From the NCBI GenBank assembly GCA_963675665.1, contig OY776510.1, positions 1,184,001 to 1,248,000 on the forward strand: a DNA stretch of 64,000 bases, written 5' to 3'. The position numbers were made by a program, and so were the translations under genes. This stretch comes from Spirochaetia bacterium (GTDB lineage Bacteria; Spirochaetota; Spirochaetia; UBA9216). This document shows positions 50,979-58,383 of this stretch, piece after piece (within the stretch, counting starts at the first letter, position 1; each line of letters opens with the position of its first letter). The notes below the pieces were generated by a model. That model ran no database searches and had not been told where the DNA came from. It was given only the letters and a program-made list of their open reading frames with translations.

Positions 50979-51806
50979 TCAGGTTAATCCGAACAGGCTG
51001 CTGCACTCTTTAAACATTGGCTGCTCTGCAAGGCTGTTGCAGAACTCATTAATGTAAAACTGCTTGTCCTCATTTTTAAGGTTTGTTCTCATTAATATAG
51101 CATCAAGCAGCGCTTCATTGGTTTCAGCCAGAGGGCTGTCGGTATAATAGCCTGAAAGAAGATCGGCTGCCGACACTATAAGAATAAGCGTCTTGTGAGA
51201 AGATGTAATGTTCAGACTCTTGTGCTCGCGGGCCGTGTCTACATAGACGGTCGGAAAATTCCAGCTGTTGAGAATTGCTTCTCCGACTTCTTTGTGGTCT
51301 GCTCCGAAGGCGCGTTTTTCGTCGTCCTCGTTTCTTACCGCCATGTATAGTTCGTTGTCGGACTGGTACATGGCTGCGCGGCCGATATCGTGCAGAAGCC
51401 CTGCAAGAAAGGCTTCGTCATGAAGTCGTTTGAATCCGGCTTTGACGGCAATATTCTGCGCCAGAAAAGCGGTTGTGATTGAATGTTTCCAGAAGTACCG
51501 GTAAAAAACGGTTTCTTTTCCGCGTTTAAACATGTTTGAGGCTGACACCAGAAACACGAGACTTTTAATTGTCTTGAAGCCGAGCATTGTGATTGCTATT
51601 TGAAGCGAAGTTATCTCTTTCTGCCTTGCATACATTGCAGAGTTTGCCACTTTCAGTATTTTTGTCGTAAGGCCGGGATCAACCTTAATCAGGTTTTCCA
51701 GGTCCTTGAATGATATGTTAATATTATCTTCAGGAATGCTGACTATTTTTGTGGCGATGTCCGGCATCACCGGCAGAGCATTAAGATATTTTTCGTAGGC
51801 CTTCAT
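50979..51806 (-). CDS. Stand-alone HDOD domain protein
   Basis: LPVMP, DPGLTTKILKVANS, FWKHS, AGLLHDIGR, WNFP motifs. Confidence 0.92.
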   Translation of the reverse strand: MKAYEKYLNALPVMPDIATKIVSIPEDNINISFKDLENLIKVDPGLTTKILKVANSAMYARQKEITSLQIAITMLGFKTIKSLVFLVSASNMFKRGKETVFYRYFWKHSITTAFLAQNIAVKAGFKRLHDEAFLAGLLHDIGRAAMYQSDNELYMAVRNEDDEKRAFGADHKEVGEAILNSWNFPTVYVDTAREHKSLNITSSHKTLILIVSAADLLSGYYTDSPLAETNEALLDAILMRTNLKNEDKQFYINEFCNSLAEQPMFKECSSLFGLT

Positions 51807-51864
51807 ATATTGATGTTCGGCATGAATACGAACATCATTAATCTATATTTACCTGAAGTGAGCA

Positions 51865-51891
51865 GCGGGACTGTTTGCTTTTCAGTCCCGC
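51865..51891. terminator. Hairpin downstream of the DUF2089 operon
   Basis: GCGGGACTG-n9-CAGTCCCGC. Confidence 0.5.
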
Positions 51892-51905
51892 CGGGTTTAA
51901 TTATT

Positions 51906-52331
51906 TTATCTGCAGAACACCTTGATGGCGGCATCTTCGGTGTCGATGTCGACAGAAAGCTCTTCAAGGGCCGTCATCAGTTCCTGAATGTTTTCGGGTT
52001 TCATGTCGTTAAGGTTGAAATTAATACCTTTTTCATTCATTGATGAGTTTATCTTGTCCTGCGCATCCTGCGGGATAAGACCGGCAACATTCAAGCCTGC
52101 TTTAAGAAGACCGAACGGGACCTTTACCGAAACCTTGTCGGAGCTTTTCCCTTCTTTGGGTTCAACCTGGACGTAGAGATTTTTATTCTCCATTGAATCC
52201 AGAAAGGATTTGCCTGTTTCGGTTTTTGGCGGGTTCTGTTTGTCAACTGCGTTAAGCAGTTTTTCAGCTTCTTCCGGGGAAATTTTTCCCTCTGAAAGCA
52301 TTGTCAATATTCTCTTTTTTTCGTCAGCCAT
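51906..52331 (-). CDS. SHOCT-like (YvlB/LiaX N-terminal) domain protein
   Basis: EKKRILTMLSEGKISPEEAEKLLNA motif; typical neighbour of DUF2089. Confidence 0.8.
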   Translation of the reverse strand: MADEKKRILTMLSEGKISPEEAEKLLNAVDKQNPPKTETGKSFLDSMENKNLYVQVEPKEGKSSDKVSVKVPFGLLKAGLNVAGLIPQDAQDKINSSMNEKGINFNLNDMKPENIQELMTALEELSVDIDTEDAAIKVFCR

Positions 52332-52345
52332 TATTTATACTCCAA

Positions 52346-52618
52346 TCATTTTATAAAAAACATAACATCGGCATCATTCGAATGAACTTCTACCTCGGTT
52401 CCTTTCGCTGCGTACAGCAGCGAAGGCGCATGAAACAGAAGCCTCATATATGTACGAACCTCTTTCGTCTGCTGTGGTGATGCAAGCATGATCGCATAAA
52501 CAATCGTTGCCATAACAAATACCGGAAGCAGAAGCAGGTAAAGCAGGATTAACGGGAAATAAAATCCGAATGATGCATCTTTGCTCTTTACCCTGATTCT
52601 AAGAATCATTGGTAACAT
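52346..52618 (-). CDS. Small hypothetical membrane protein of the DUF2089 operon
   Basis: RBS TAGGAGG; one long hydrophobic segment; C-terminal GTEVEV motif. Confidence 0.75.
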   Translation of the reverse strand: MLPMILRIRVKSKDASFGFYFPLILLYLLLLPVFVMATIVYAIMLASPQQTKEVRTYMRLLFHAPSLLYAAKGTEVEVHSNDADVMFFIK

Positions 52619-52639
52619 CTTTTCCTCCTATGGAAACAT

Positions 52640-52722
52640 CCTGCCATGAACTGCGAAGTAACACCCAAGGTTCGGCAGGTTACAGAGGTGAAGTTTGATG
52701 AGCACTGCTTATCAAACTTCAA
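52640..52722 (-). repeat. Structured intergenic element, copy 1 (candidate cis-regulatory RNA or REP-like repeat)
   Basis: Long hairpin TGAAGTTTGAT...ATCAAACTTCA plus a CCTGCC/GGCAGG-closed junction just upstream of the RBS; homologous to 53924-54003. Confidence 0.7.
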
Positions 52723-52749
52723 CATAAATCAGGACAGAATTGTTCCGAT

Positions 52750-53115
52750 TTATTCCATTTCCTTCAGGGCGTCGGATACGTCTATCTCGCCCTGTTCAAG
52801 TTTATCCAGGATACTTGATACCGATTGCCTTATGTCAACTTCGACATCAACTATATCTATCTGTTTTGCAATGGAATTTAACCTGTTTTTTACAGTAGGG
52901 TAGCTGATTCCGAATATCGTTTCCATTTGTTTTATGGATCCGTGGGTTTTTAAAAAAGCGGCTGCAAACAGCTGATCTTCCATGCTGAGCTCAGCAAGCG
53001 GCGGGAGTTGAAAGTTTCCTTCGATGTCGATGTGATCTTCAGGAATGTGCACTTTACTTATAAGGAACTTCTTTCCGCCTGCCATGGTGATCAGTTTTTT
53101 CCAGCTATGGTACAT
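52750..53115 (-). CDS. DUF2089 family HTH protein (probable regulator)
   Basis: IEGNFQLPPL, FLKTHGSIK.ME..FGISYPTVKNRL and a C-terminal SHOCT-like segment; ATG 53115 after GGAGGA. Confidence 0.85.
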   Translation of the reverse strand: MYHSWKKLITMAGGKKFLISKVHIPEDHIDIEGNFQLPPLAELSMEDQLFAAAFLKTHGSIKQMETIFGISYPTVKNRLNSIAKQIDIVDVEVDIRQSVSSILDKLEQGEIDVSDALKEME

Positions 53116-53135
53116 AAATATCCTCCGATATTGAC

Positions 53136-53164
53136 AATGTACCACCGGCAGCCGGATAAATCAA
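53136..53164 (-). promoter_or_regulatory. Sigma70-type promoter of the DUF2089 operon
   Basis: TTGATT-17 bp-TACATT with an extended TG. Confidence 0.55.
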
Positions 53165-53193
53165 GAGCAAAATTAAAAAAATAAATAAAAATA

Positions 53194-53226
53194 CGCAATA
53201 TTATTAATTAAATTAATAATATTGCG
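53194..53226. terminator. Perfect 16-bp AT-rich inverted repeat (peroxiredoxin terminator and/or operator)
   Basis: CGCAATATTATTAATT-A-AATTAATAATATTGCG followed by a T-rich run on the minus strand. Confidence 0.6.
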
Positions 53227-53255
53227 CTAAATAATGATTAAAACTTAGTTTTGGC

Positions 53256-53903
53256 TTATAGCTCCCTGTGACAGAACCACCAGTCATAGCCGTCATATTT
53301 ACTCAGGCGTTCAGAAGCATCTTTCTGATTGTTCGGCGGCGGAATAATTACCCTGTCGCCGATAAGCCCGTTTTCCGGCCAGTTTGCCGGGCAGGCAACC
53401 TTGTTCTTGTCGGATACCTGTAATGCTTTAACCGCACGGACCACCTCGTCCATATTTCTTCCTATTTCCTGCGGGTAGTACAGGACAAGCCTTACCTTTC
53501 CTTCCGGGTCGCCGATGAATACCGCACGAACGGTGTTTGTGCCTTTTCCGGGATGCAGCATTCCGAGCTTGTTTGCAATGGTGTCGTTTGCCGCAACTAC
53601 GGGAAATGTTATCTCAACGTCCAGTTTTTCTTTAATCCATTCGATCCATTTAATATGGCTGAAAACCTGATCTACCGACATTCCGATCAGCTTTACGCCC
53701 ATCTCGTCAAATTCCTTCATCTTTTCCTGAAAACCGACAAACTCGGTTGTGCATACAGGGGTGAAGTCGGCCGGATGGCTGAAGACTACAAACCAGCTTC
53801 CTTTAAGATCGCCCGGCAGGCTCATTGGTCCGTGTGTGGTTGATACGTCCATCCGGGGGAAGTCGTCTCCCAGAAGGGGCATATTAATTTTGTTTTCTTC
53901 CAT
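53256..53903 (-). CDS. Peroxiredoxin (Prx6/TDXH type)
   Basis: [28 protein letters not shown] motifs and C-terminal WWFC. Confidence 0.95.
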   Translation of the reverse strand: MEENKINMPLLGDDFPRMDVSTTHGPMSLPGDLKGSWFVVFSHPADFTPVCTTEFVGFQEKMKEFDEMGVKLIGMSVDQVFSHIKWIEWIKEKLDVEITFPVVAANDTIANKLGMLHPGKGTNTVRAVFIGDPEGKVRLVLYYPQEIGRNMDEVVRAVKALQVSDKNKVACPANWPENGLIGDRVIIPPPNNQKDASERLSKYDGYDWWFCHREL

Positions 53904-53923
53904 GTCTTACTCCTATAACTTTT

Positions 53924-54003
53924 CACCATGGACTACGAAGTAGCACCAAAGGTATGGTGTTTTGTGTGATGAAGTTTAATGAGCAATACTTATCAAACTT
54001 CAA
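53924..54003 (-). repeat. Structured intergenic element, copy 2 (peroxiredoxin 5' UTR)
   Basis: Blocks 24/28 and 31/34 identical to copy 1; closing stem CACCAT/ATGGTG. Confidence 0.7.
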
Positions 54004-54032
54004 AACTTTATTTGTTTTACACCTTCATATAA

Positions 54033-54049
54033 AGCATTATCCGTGCCAA
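54033..54049 (-). promoter_or_regulatory. Sigma54 (-24/-12) promoter of the peroxiredoxin
   Basis: Minus strand TTGGCACGGATAATGCT, GG-N10-GC; next to a divergent sigma54 activator. Confidence 0.8.
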
Positions 54050-54133
54050 ATTATATTATTGAAACCTAAGTTGTTTGTGGGTAAAGATCTATCATGTGTT
54101 TATCCGTTTCGTTAAAATTTTAATATTGTTCTG

Positions 54134-54190
54134 CACCGAAATATCGGTTATAATACAGCTAAATATCGGTGTTACACCGAAATGTCGGTG
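54134..54190. promoter_or_regulatory. Three enhancer-like palindromes CACCGA-N4-TCGGTG
   Basis: CACCGAAATATCGGTT (54134), CAGCTAAATATCGGTG (54156), CACCGAAATGTCGGTG (54175); 85-140 bp upstream of the sigma54 site. Confidence 0.7.
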
Positions 54191-54199
54191 GGAGAAAAA

Positions 54200-55672
54200 G
54201 TGACAAACTATTTTATGAATCCCCTTAAAGCGGAAGAATTTCTGGACCTGATACTGAAAGCTCTCAGTGATCTGGTGGATTATGAGCTTGCAGTAATACT
54301 GAAGATGCAAAGTTCGACCGTTCTTGCTGTGCAGAAGGCCAGGGGGCGACTTTTACCGGAAAAGCTGTCGGATTATAGTATTTCGCTTAATGAGCGCAGT
54401 GATATTGCATTGCTTATGAAGGGAAACGAACCTTACCTCTTCCGTGAGGATGAAGAACATGAAGACACATACGCTGAAATTCTCGATCTGCCTGAGGGCC
54501 ATTCCTGCCTTGTTTCTCCACTGAAATTTCATGATCAGCTGATCGGTATGCTTACGCTGGATCATACTGCCTGTAATATGTTTTCGCCTGAAATTGTTAA
54601 ATTTGTCGGCACAATCTCAAAGCTTATTTCAATAATACTTGTTCAGAGTGATTCGTCCGCAATGATGATTGAACAGCAGAAGGTTTTAACTGAAGAAAGG
54701 AATTTGCTGCTTTCGACAGATTCGGTAAAATTTGCAAGAGTCATCGGTCAGTCCCGCGAATGGAAGAATGTATTGGAATCAGTACGAATGGTAGCCGGTT
54801 CGGATGTTTCTGTTTTACTTCAGGGTGATACGGGAACAGGCAAGGAAGAAATAGCCCGGCTCATCCACAGCCTCAGTCCGAGGGACAGCGAGCCTTTTGT
54901 GGCGGTGAACTGTTCAACCCTTACTCCTTCTCTTGCCGAAAGTGCATTATTCGGGCATGAAAAGGGGGCGTTCACAGATGCCTACACCCGCAGAAAGGGA
55001 CAGTTCGAACTTGCCGACGGGGGAACGTTGTTTCTTGACGAGATAGGCGATATGCCGCTTGAGATACAGCCGAAGCTTCTGCGGGCGATACAGGAAGGAA
55101 GTTTTGAGCGTGTAGGCGGAGAACAGGAAATCAAGTGCGATGTGCGGATTATAGCGGCAAGCCATATTGATCTGCATGAAGCGATAAAAAGTAAAACATT
55201 CAGAGAAGACCTGTTTTATCGTATCGGGGTGTTTCCGATCAGGCTGCCTGCGCTCAGGGAACGTGAGAATGATGTGATTCTGCTTGCCGAGCATTTTTTA
55301 AAAACAATGGACGGAGGAAAATACGGTAACCTGCTGCAATTTGCACCTTCGGCTGTTGAGTACCTGCTTGAGCATCGCTGGCCGGGAAATGTTCGTGAGC
55401 TTCAGAATTCTGTAAAACGTGCCGCCCTGCTGGCCGGAAACGGGTTAATTGAACGAAAAGATCTCAGCCAGGATTATAATATACTGCGGGTCGGGATTAT
55501 AGATGACTCCGAACCTGAATCGTTTTCTTCTCTGGATGAAGCGATAAAGAAACATATTGAAAAGGCCCTGGTTTTTTCAGGCGGAAAGATATACGGGGAG
55601 AGCGGAGCTGCCGGGCTTCTCGGAATGAAACCCTCGACCCTGCAGAGCCGTATGAAAAAACTTGGAATATGA
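54200..55672 (+). CDS. Sigma54-dependent transcriptional activator, NorR/FhlA-like (GAF-AAA+-HTH)
   Basis: GDTGTGKE, GAFTDA, FLDEIG, FREDLFYR, WPGNVREL motifs and an HTH; NorR-like GAF. Start set at GTG 54200 after GGAG (ATG 54215 is an alternative). Confidence 0.9.
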   Translation: MTNYFMNPLKAEEFLDLILKALSDLVDYELAVILKMQSSTVLAVQKARGRLLPEKLSDYSISLNERSDIALLMKGNEPYLFREDEEHEDTYAEILDLPEGHSCLVSPLKFHDQLIGMLTLDHTACNMFSPEIVKFVGTISKLISIILVQSDSSAMMIEQQKVLTEERNLLLSTDSVKFARVIGQSREWKNVLESVRMVAGSDVSVLLQGDTGTGKEEIARLIHSLSPRDSEPFVAVNCSTLTPSLAESALFGHEKGAFTDAYTRRKGQFELADGGTLFLDEIGDMPLEIQPKLLRAIQEGSFERVGGEQEIKCDVRIIAASHIDLHEAIKSKTFREDLFYRIGVFPIRLPALRERENDVILLAEHFLKTMDGGKYGNLLQFAPSAVEYLLEHRWPGNVRELQNSVKRAALLAGNGLIERKDLSQDYNILRVGIIDDSEPESFSSLDEAIKKHIEKALVFSGGKIYGESGAAGLLGMKPSTLQSRMKKLGI

Positions 55673-55749
55673 ACGGAGATCTTTGCAGATAAATATTGCT
55701 TTTACTGTTTTATTTGCTAAAATTAAATAAAGGACAAGGAGAGTTCGAT

Positions 55750-55911
55750 ATGCAGAAAGAAATTACCATAAAGGAATTCACGGCAGAGCTAGTTGATAGA
55801 ATCGACAGGGAAAAGGGTATAGACTGCTGTAAAGAAGAAATCAAACGTTTTGCCGAAATGGCTTCGGTAAAGATGCCCGATGAGAAGATCCTGGTAACCT
55901 GGAAAGATTAA
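55750..55911 (+). CDS. Small (53 aa) hypothetical protein with a CC motif
   Basis: AGGAGAG RBS, ATG 55750; MQKEITIKEF...GIDCCKEEIK. Confidence 0.7.
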   Translation: MQKEITIKEFTAELVDRIDREKGIDCCKEEIKRFAEMASVKMPDEKILVTWKD

Positions 55912-55941
55912 GCTGAAGGTGATTTAAACTCCGGCTTTCCG

Positions 55942-57735
55942 TCAGAGTTTAAATCTTTTAATTTCCTCTTTCATTTCCCCGGCATTTATGCTCAACAGTT
56001 CCACTGTTTGAACAAGCTGTAACATGGAATTACGGATGTCGTCGCTCAGAGTTCCCGTCCGGTTCTCAAGCTCTTCCATTATGCTGATTGCCTCAAGGCT
56101 TGAATCAACAACCCGGTTGAGGTTCTGCTGCTGGTTCGCGATGTCATCTGAGCTGTCTTTTACGCTTTCAGTGACTTCCTGAACTTCATTTATTGCTTTC
56201 ATTATTTCTTTGCTGCCGATAGTCAGTTCTTCGGTACTGGAGGCTATTCCGTAGAGTCCGTCAGCGACGTTGTTTACCGCACTTGCAATCCTGGTAAAGG
56301 CCTCTTTTGAAGATTGGCCGGAAGCTTCAGTTTTCATAATTGTTGCAGTTATCATTTTTATTGAATCGCTTATCTGTTTTGATTCGGCTGATGATGTTTC
56401 TGCAAGATTTCTGATTTCTTCAGCTACAACGGCAAACCCCTTTCCTGCTTCGCCCGCATGAGCAGCTTCAATCGCGGCGTTCATTGACAGCAGATTGGTC
56501 TGTGAGGCAATATCCTCAATCATCTGGGCGAATTCCTGGATCTGATCAACAAGGTTTCTGATTGAGGTTATCTGTTCGGTTGTTTCTCCGATTGTGGCGT
56601 CTCCGCTTTTGGAAAGTTCCACAAGTTCGGTTGTCAGTTTTTGCCTGTCCTGAACAACCCTGTTAACGCTTTCAAGCGACGCAAGCATTTCTGTTATTCC
56701 CGCTGAGGATTCTTCTACTATGGCGGAAAGCTGCGCTATGCTGTTTTTAAAATCATCCAGCCTTGTATCGATTACGCCTGTGTATTCTTTTGTGCTTTCG
56801 ATTTCGCGGCTGGTAACTACAAGCTGTTCCTTGCTGGCTGAGACCGATTTGGAAATTGTATCAGTCGCTTTCATTGTGCGGTCTGATACTTCTGAAAGCG
56901 CATTGCTGTTTTTCTCGGTGCCTATTGAAACCTCCCGGGTTTTACTGATTATTTCGGAGAGGTTTTCCATAAAGAGGTTGAAATTGCCGGCAATGGTCCC
57001 AAGCTCGTCATTACGCTTTATCTTTATCCGGTGAGTTAGATCACCACTGCCCTTTGATATTATTTCAACCGCTTTATCTAGCCTTTTTACCGGCCTGATG
57101 ATGAATTTGAAATTCCAGAACATCAGGATAGCCAGGATGGCTATGTTCAACAGTCCCATAAGAATTATAAGCTGTATTTTTGTTCTGTTATTTTCCGCTA
57201 TCTGTCCGGAGATGTCCTGAATGAAAATATAAAAACCAACAATCTCATTGCGAAAATCATGTATCGGGATATAGCTTGTCATATAATTATCTTTTCTTGC
57301 ATAAATTTTTCCGCCGCTGCTTTTGGCTTCTTTAATTATTTCTTTTGAAACAAGATTCTGAGGGTCAATCCAGTCTGAAGAAACATAGGAGATCATCTGA
57401 GATCCGATCTCGCCCATGTTGTAATATTCATTCAAATCGTCTTCAAAAATAATCTTCAGAAGCTGTTCTCTGTCGGCAAGAAGTACCATTCCTGTTTTTG
57501 TATTGTCAAGTTTCATCATCTCGAGAAGCGCCTGGGGCTGAAAATACATTTCAACCGAGCCGGCTGTGCCTTTTTGCGTTTTTATGGGATGAACCCCCCT
57601 TATAACCATTCCCCCTTTTCCGAGCTCAATGCCCCGGATAGGTTTTCCGGTTGAAATTACTTCGTTGACCGTATGTCTGAATGAGCTCAGATCATCTCCG
57701 GCCTTGTCGGTCCAGGTTCTGTAAAGGCTTCGCAA
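55942..57735 (-). CDS. Methyl-accepting chemotaxis protein, apparently 5'-truncated (partial Cache domain, TM, HAMP, signalling domain)
   Basis: [34 protein letters not shown] and a HAMP domain. It begins mid-Cache domain, with an in-frame stop two codons upstream and no first TM. Confidence 0.8.
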   Translation of the reverse strand: MRSLYRTWTDKAGDDLSSFRHTVNEVISTGKPIRGIELGKGGMVIRGVHPIKTQKGTAGSVEMYFQPQALLEMMKLDNTKTGMVLLADREQLLKIIFEDDLNEYYNMGEIGSQMISYVSSDWIDPQNLVSKEIIKEAKSSGGKIYARKDNYMTSYIPIHDFRNEIVGFYIFIQDISGQIAENNRTKIQLIILMGLLNIAILAILMFWNFKFIIRPVKRLDKAVEIISKGSGDLTHRIKIKRNDELGTIAGNFNLFMENLSEIISKTREVSIGTEKNSNALSEVSDRTMKATDTISKSVSASKEQLVVTSREIESTKEYTGVIDTRLDDFKNSIAQLSAIVEESSAGITEMLASLESVNRVVQDRQKLTTELVELSKSGDATIGETTEQITSIRNLVDQIQEFAQMIEDIASQTNLLSMNAAIEAAHAGEAGKGFAVVAEEIRNLAETSSAESKQISDSIKMITATIMKTEASGQSSKEAFTRIASAVNNVADGLYGIASSTEELTIGSKEIMKAINEVQEVTESVKDSSDDIANQQQNLNRVVDSSLEAISIMEELENRTGTLSDDIRNSMLQLVQTVELLSINAGEMKEEIKRFKL

Positions 57736-57762
57736 GTCTTATCTGTTTTGTTATAATACGCA

Positions 57763-58380
57763 ATGATTTTTGAACCGTATTTGAAAGGACTTGCGGCCGG
57801 GGCCGGATTGATAATTGCTATAGGAGCACAGAACGCATTTGTTCTGAGCCAGGGAATCAGACGAAAATATAATCTTATTATTCCGCTGATATGCAGTCTT
57901 TCCGACGCTGTTCTGATATCGGCCGGGGTTCTGGGGGTCGGCGGCTTTTTTTCCTCAAATCCCGGACTGATTAAATGGGCATCCTGGGGCGGGGCGATTT
58001 TTCTGACCTTTTACGGAATCAGAAGCCTAATCTCTGCGTTCGGAAAAAACTCGATGGATGCTGAAGATTCGGGTCCGTTATCGTTAAAAGCCGCAGTTAT
58101 TACAACCCTGGCTGTTACTTTGCTTAATCCGCATGTTTACCTGGATACGGTTGTACTGCTTGGAAGTATAAGCTCAAGTTTTCCCGGAAGCGGGCGTTAT
58201 CTGTTCGGGGCGGGTGCTGTTTCAGCATCCTTTATCTGGTTTTTTCTGCTCAGTTTGGGAGGCAGAAGGCTTTCGCCCTTTTTCCGGAAGCCTGTTTCCT
58301 GGAAGATTCTTGATCTGGGAATTGCGGTTGTAATGTTTTTTATAGCGTTCTCTCTTGTCAGGGGAAGCCTCAATCTGTAA
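57763..58380 (+). CDS. argO: LysE/ArgO family amino acid exporter
   Basis: LIIAIGAQNAFVL.QG and TLLNPHVYLDTV motifs. Confidence 0.9.
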   Translation: MIFEPYLKGLAAGAGLIIAIGAQNAFVLSQGIRRKYNLIIPLICSLSDAVLISAGVLGVGGFFSSNPGLIKWASWGGAIFLTFYGIRSLISAFGKNSMDAEDSGPLSLKAAVITTLAVTLLNPHVYLDTVVLLGSISSSFPGSGRYLFGAGAVSASFIWFFLLSLGGRRLSPFFRKPVSWKILDLGIAVVMFFIAFSLVRGSLNL

Positions 58381-58383
58381 AAC

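Noticed and set aside
52646-52903. 85-aa plus-strand ORF across the structured element
   Set aside because: It is antisense to DUF2089 with no convincing RBS, and copy 2 of the element has a 1-nt indel and a stop, so coding is not conserved.
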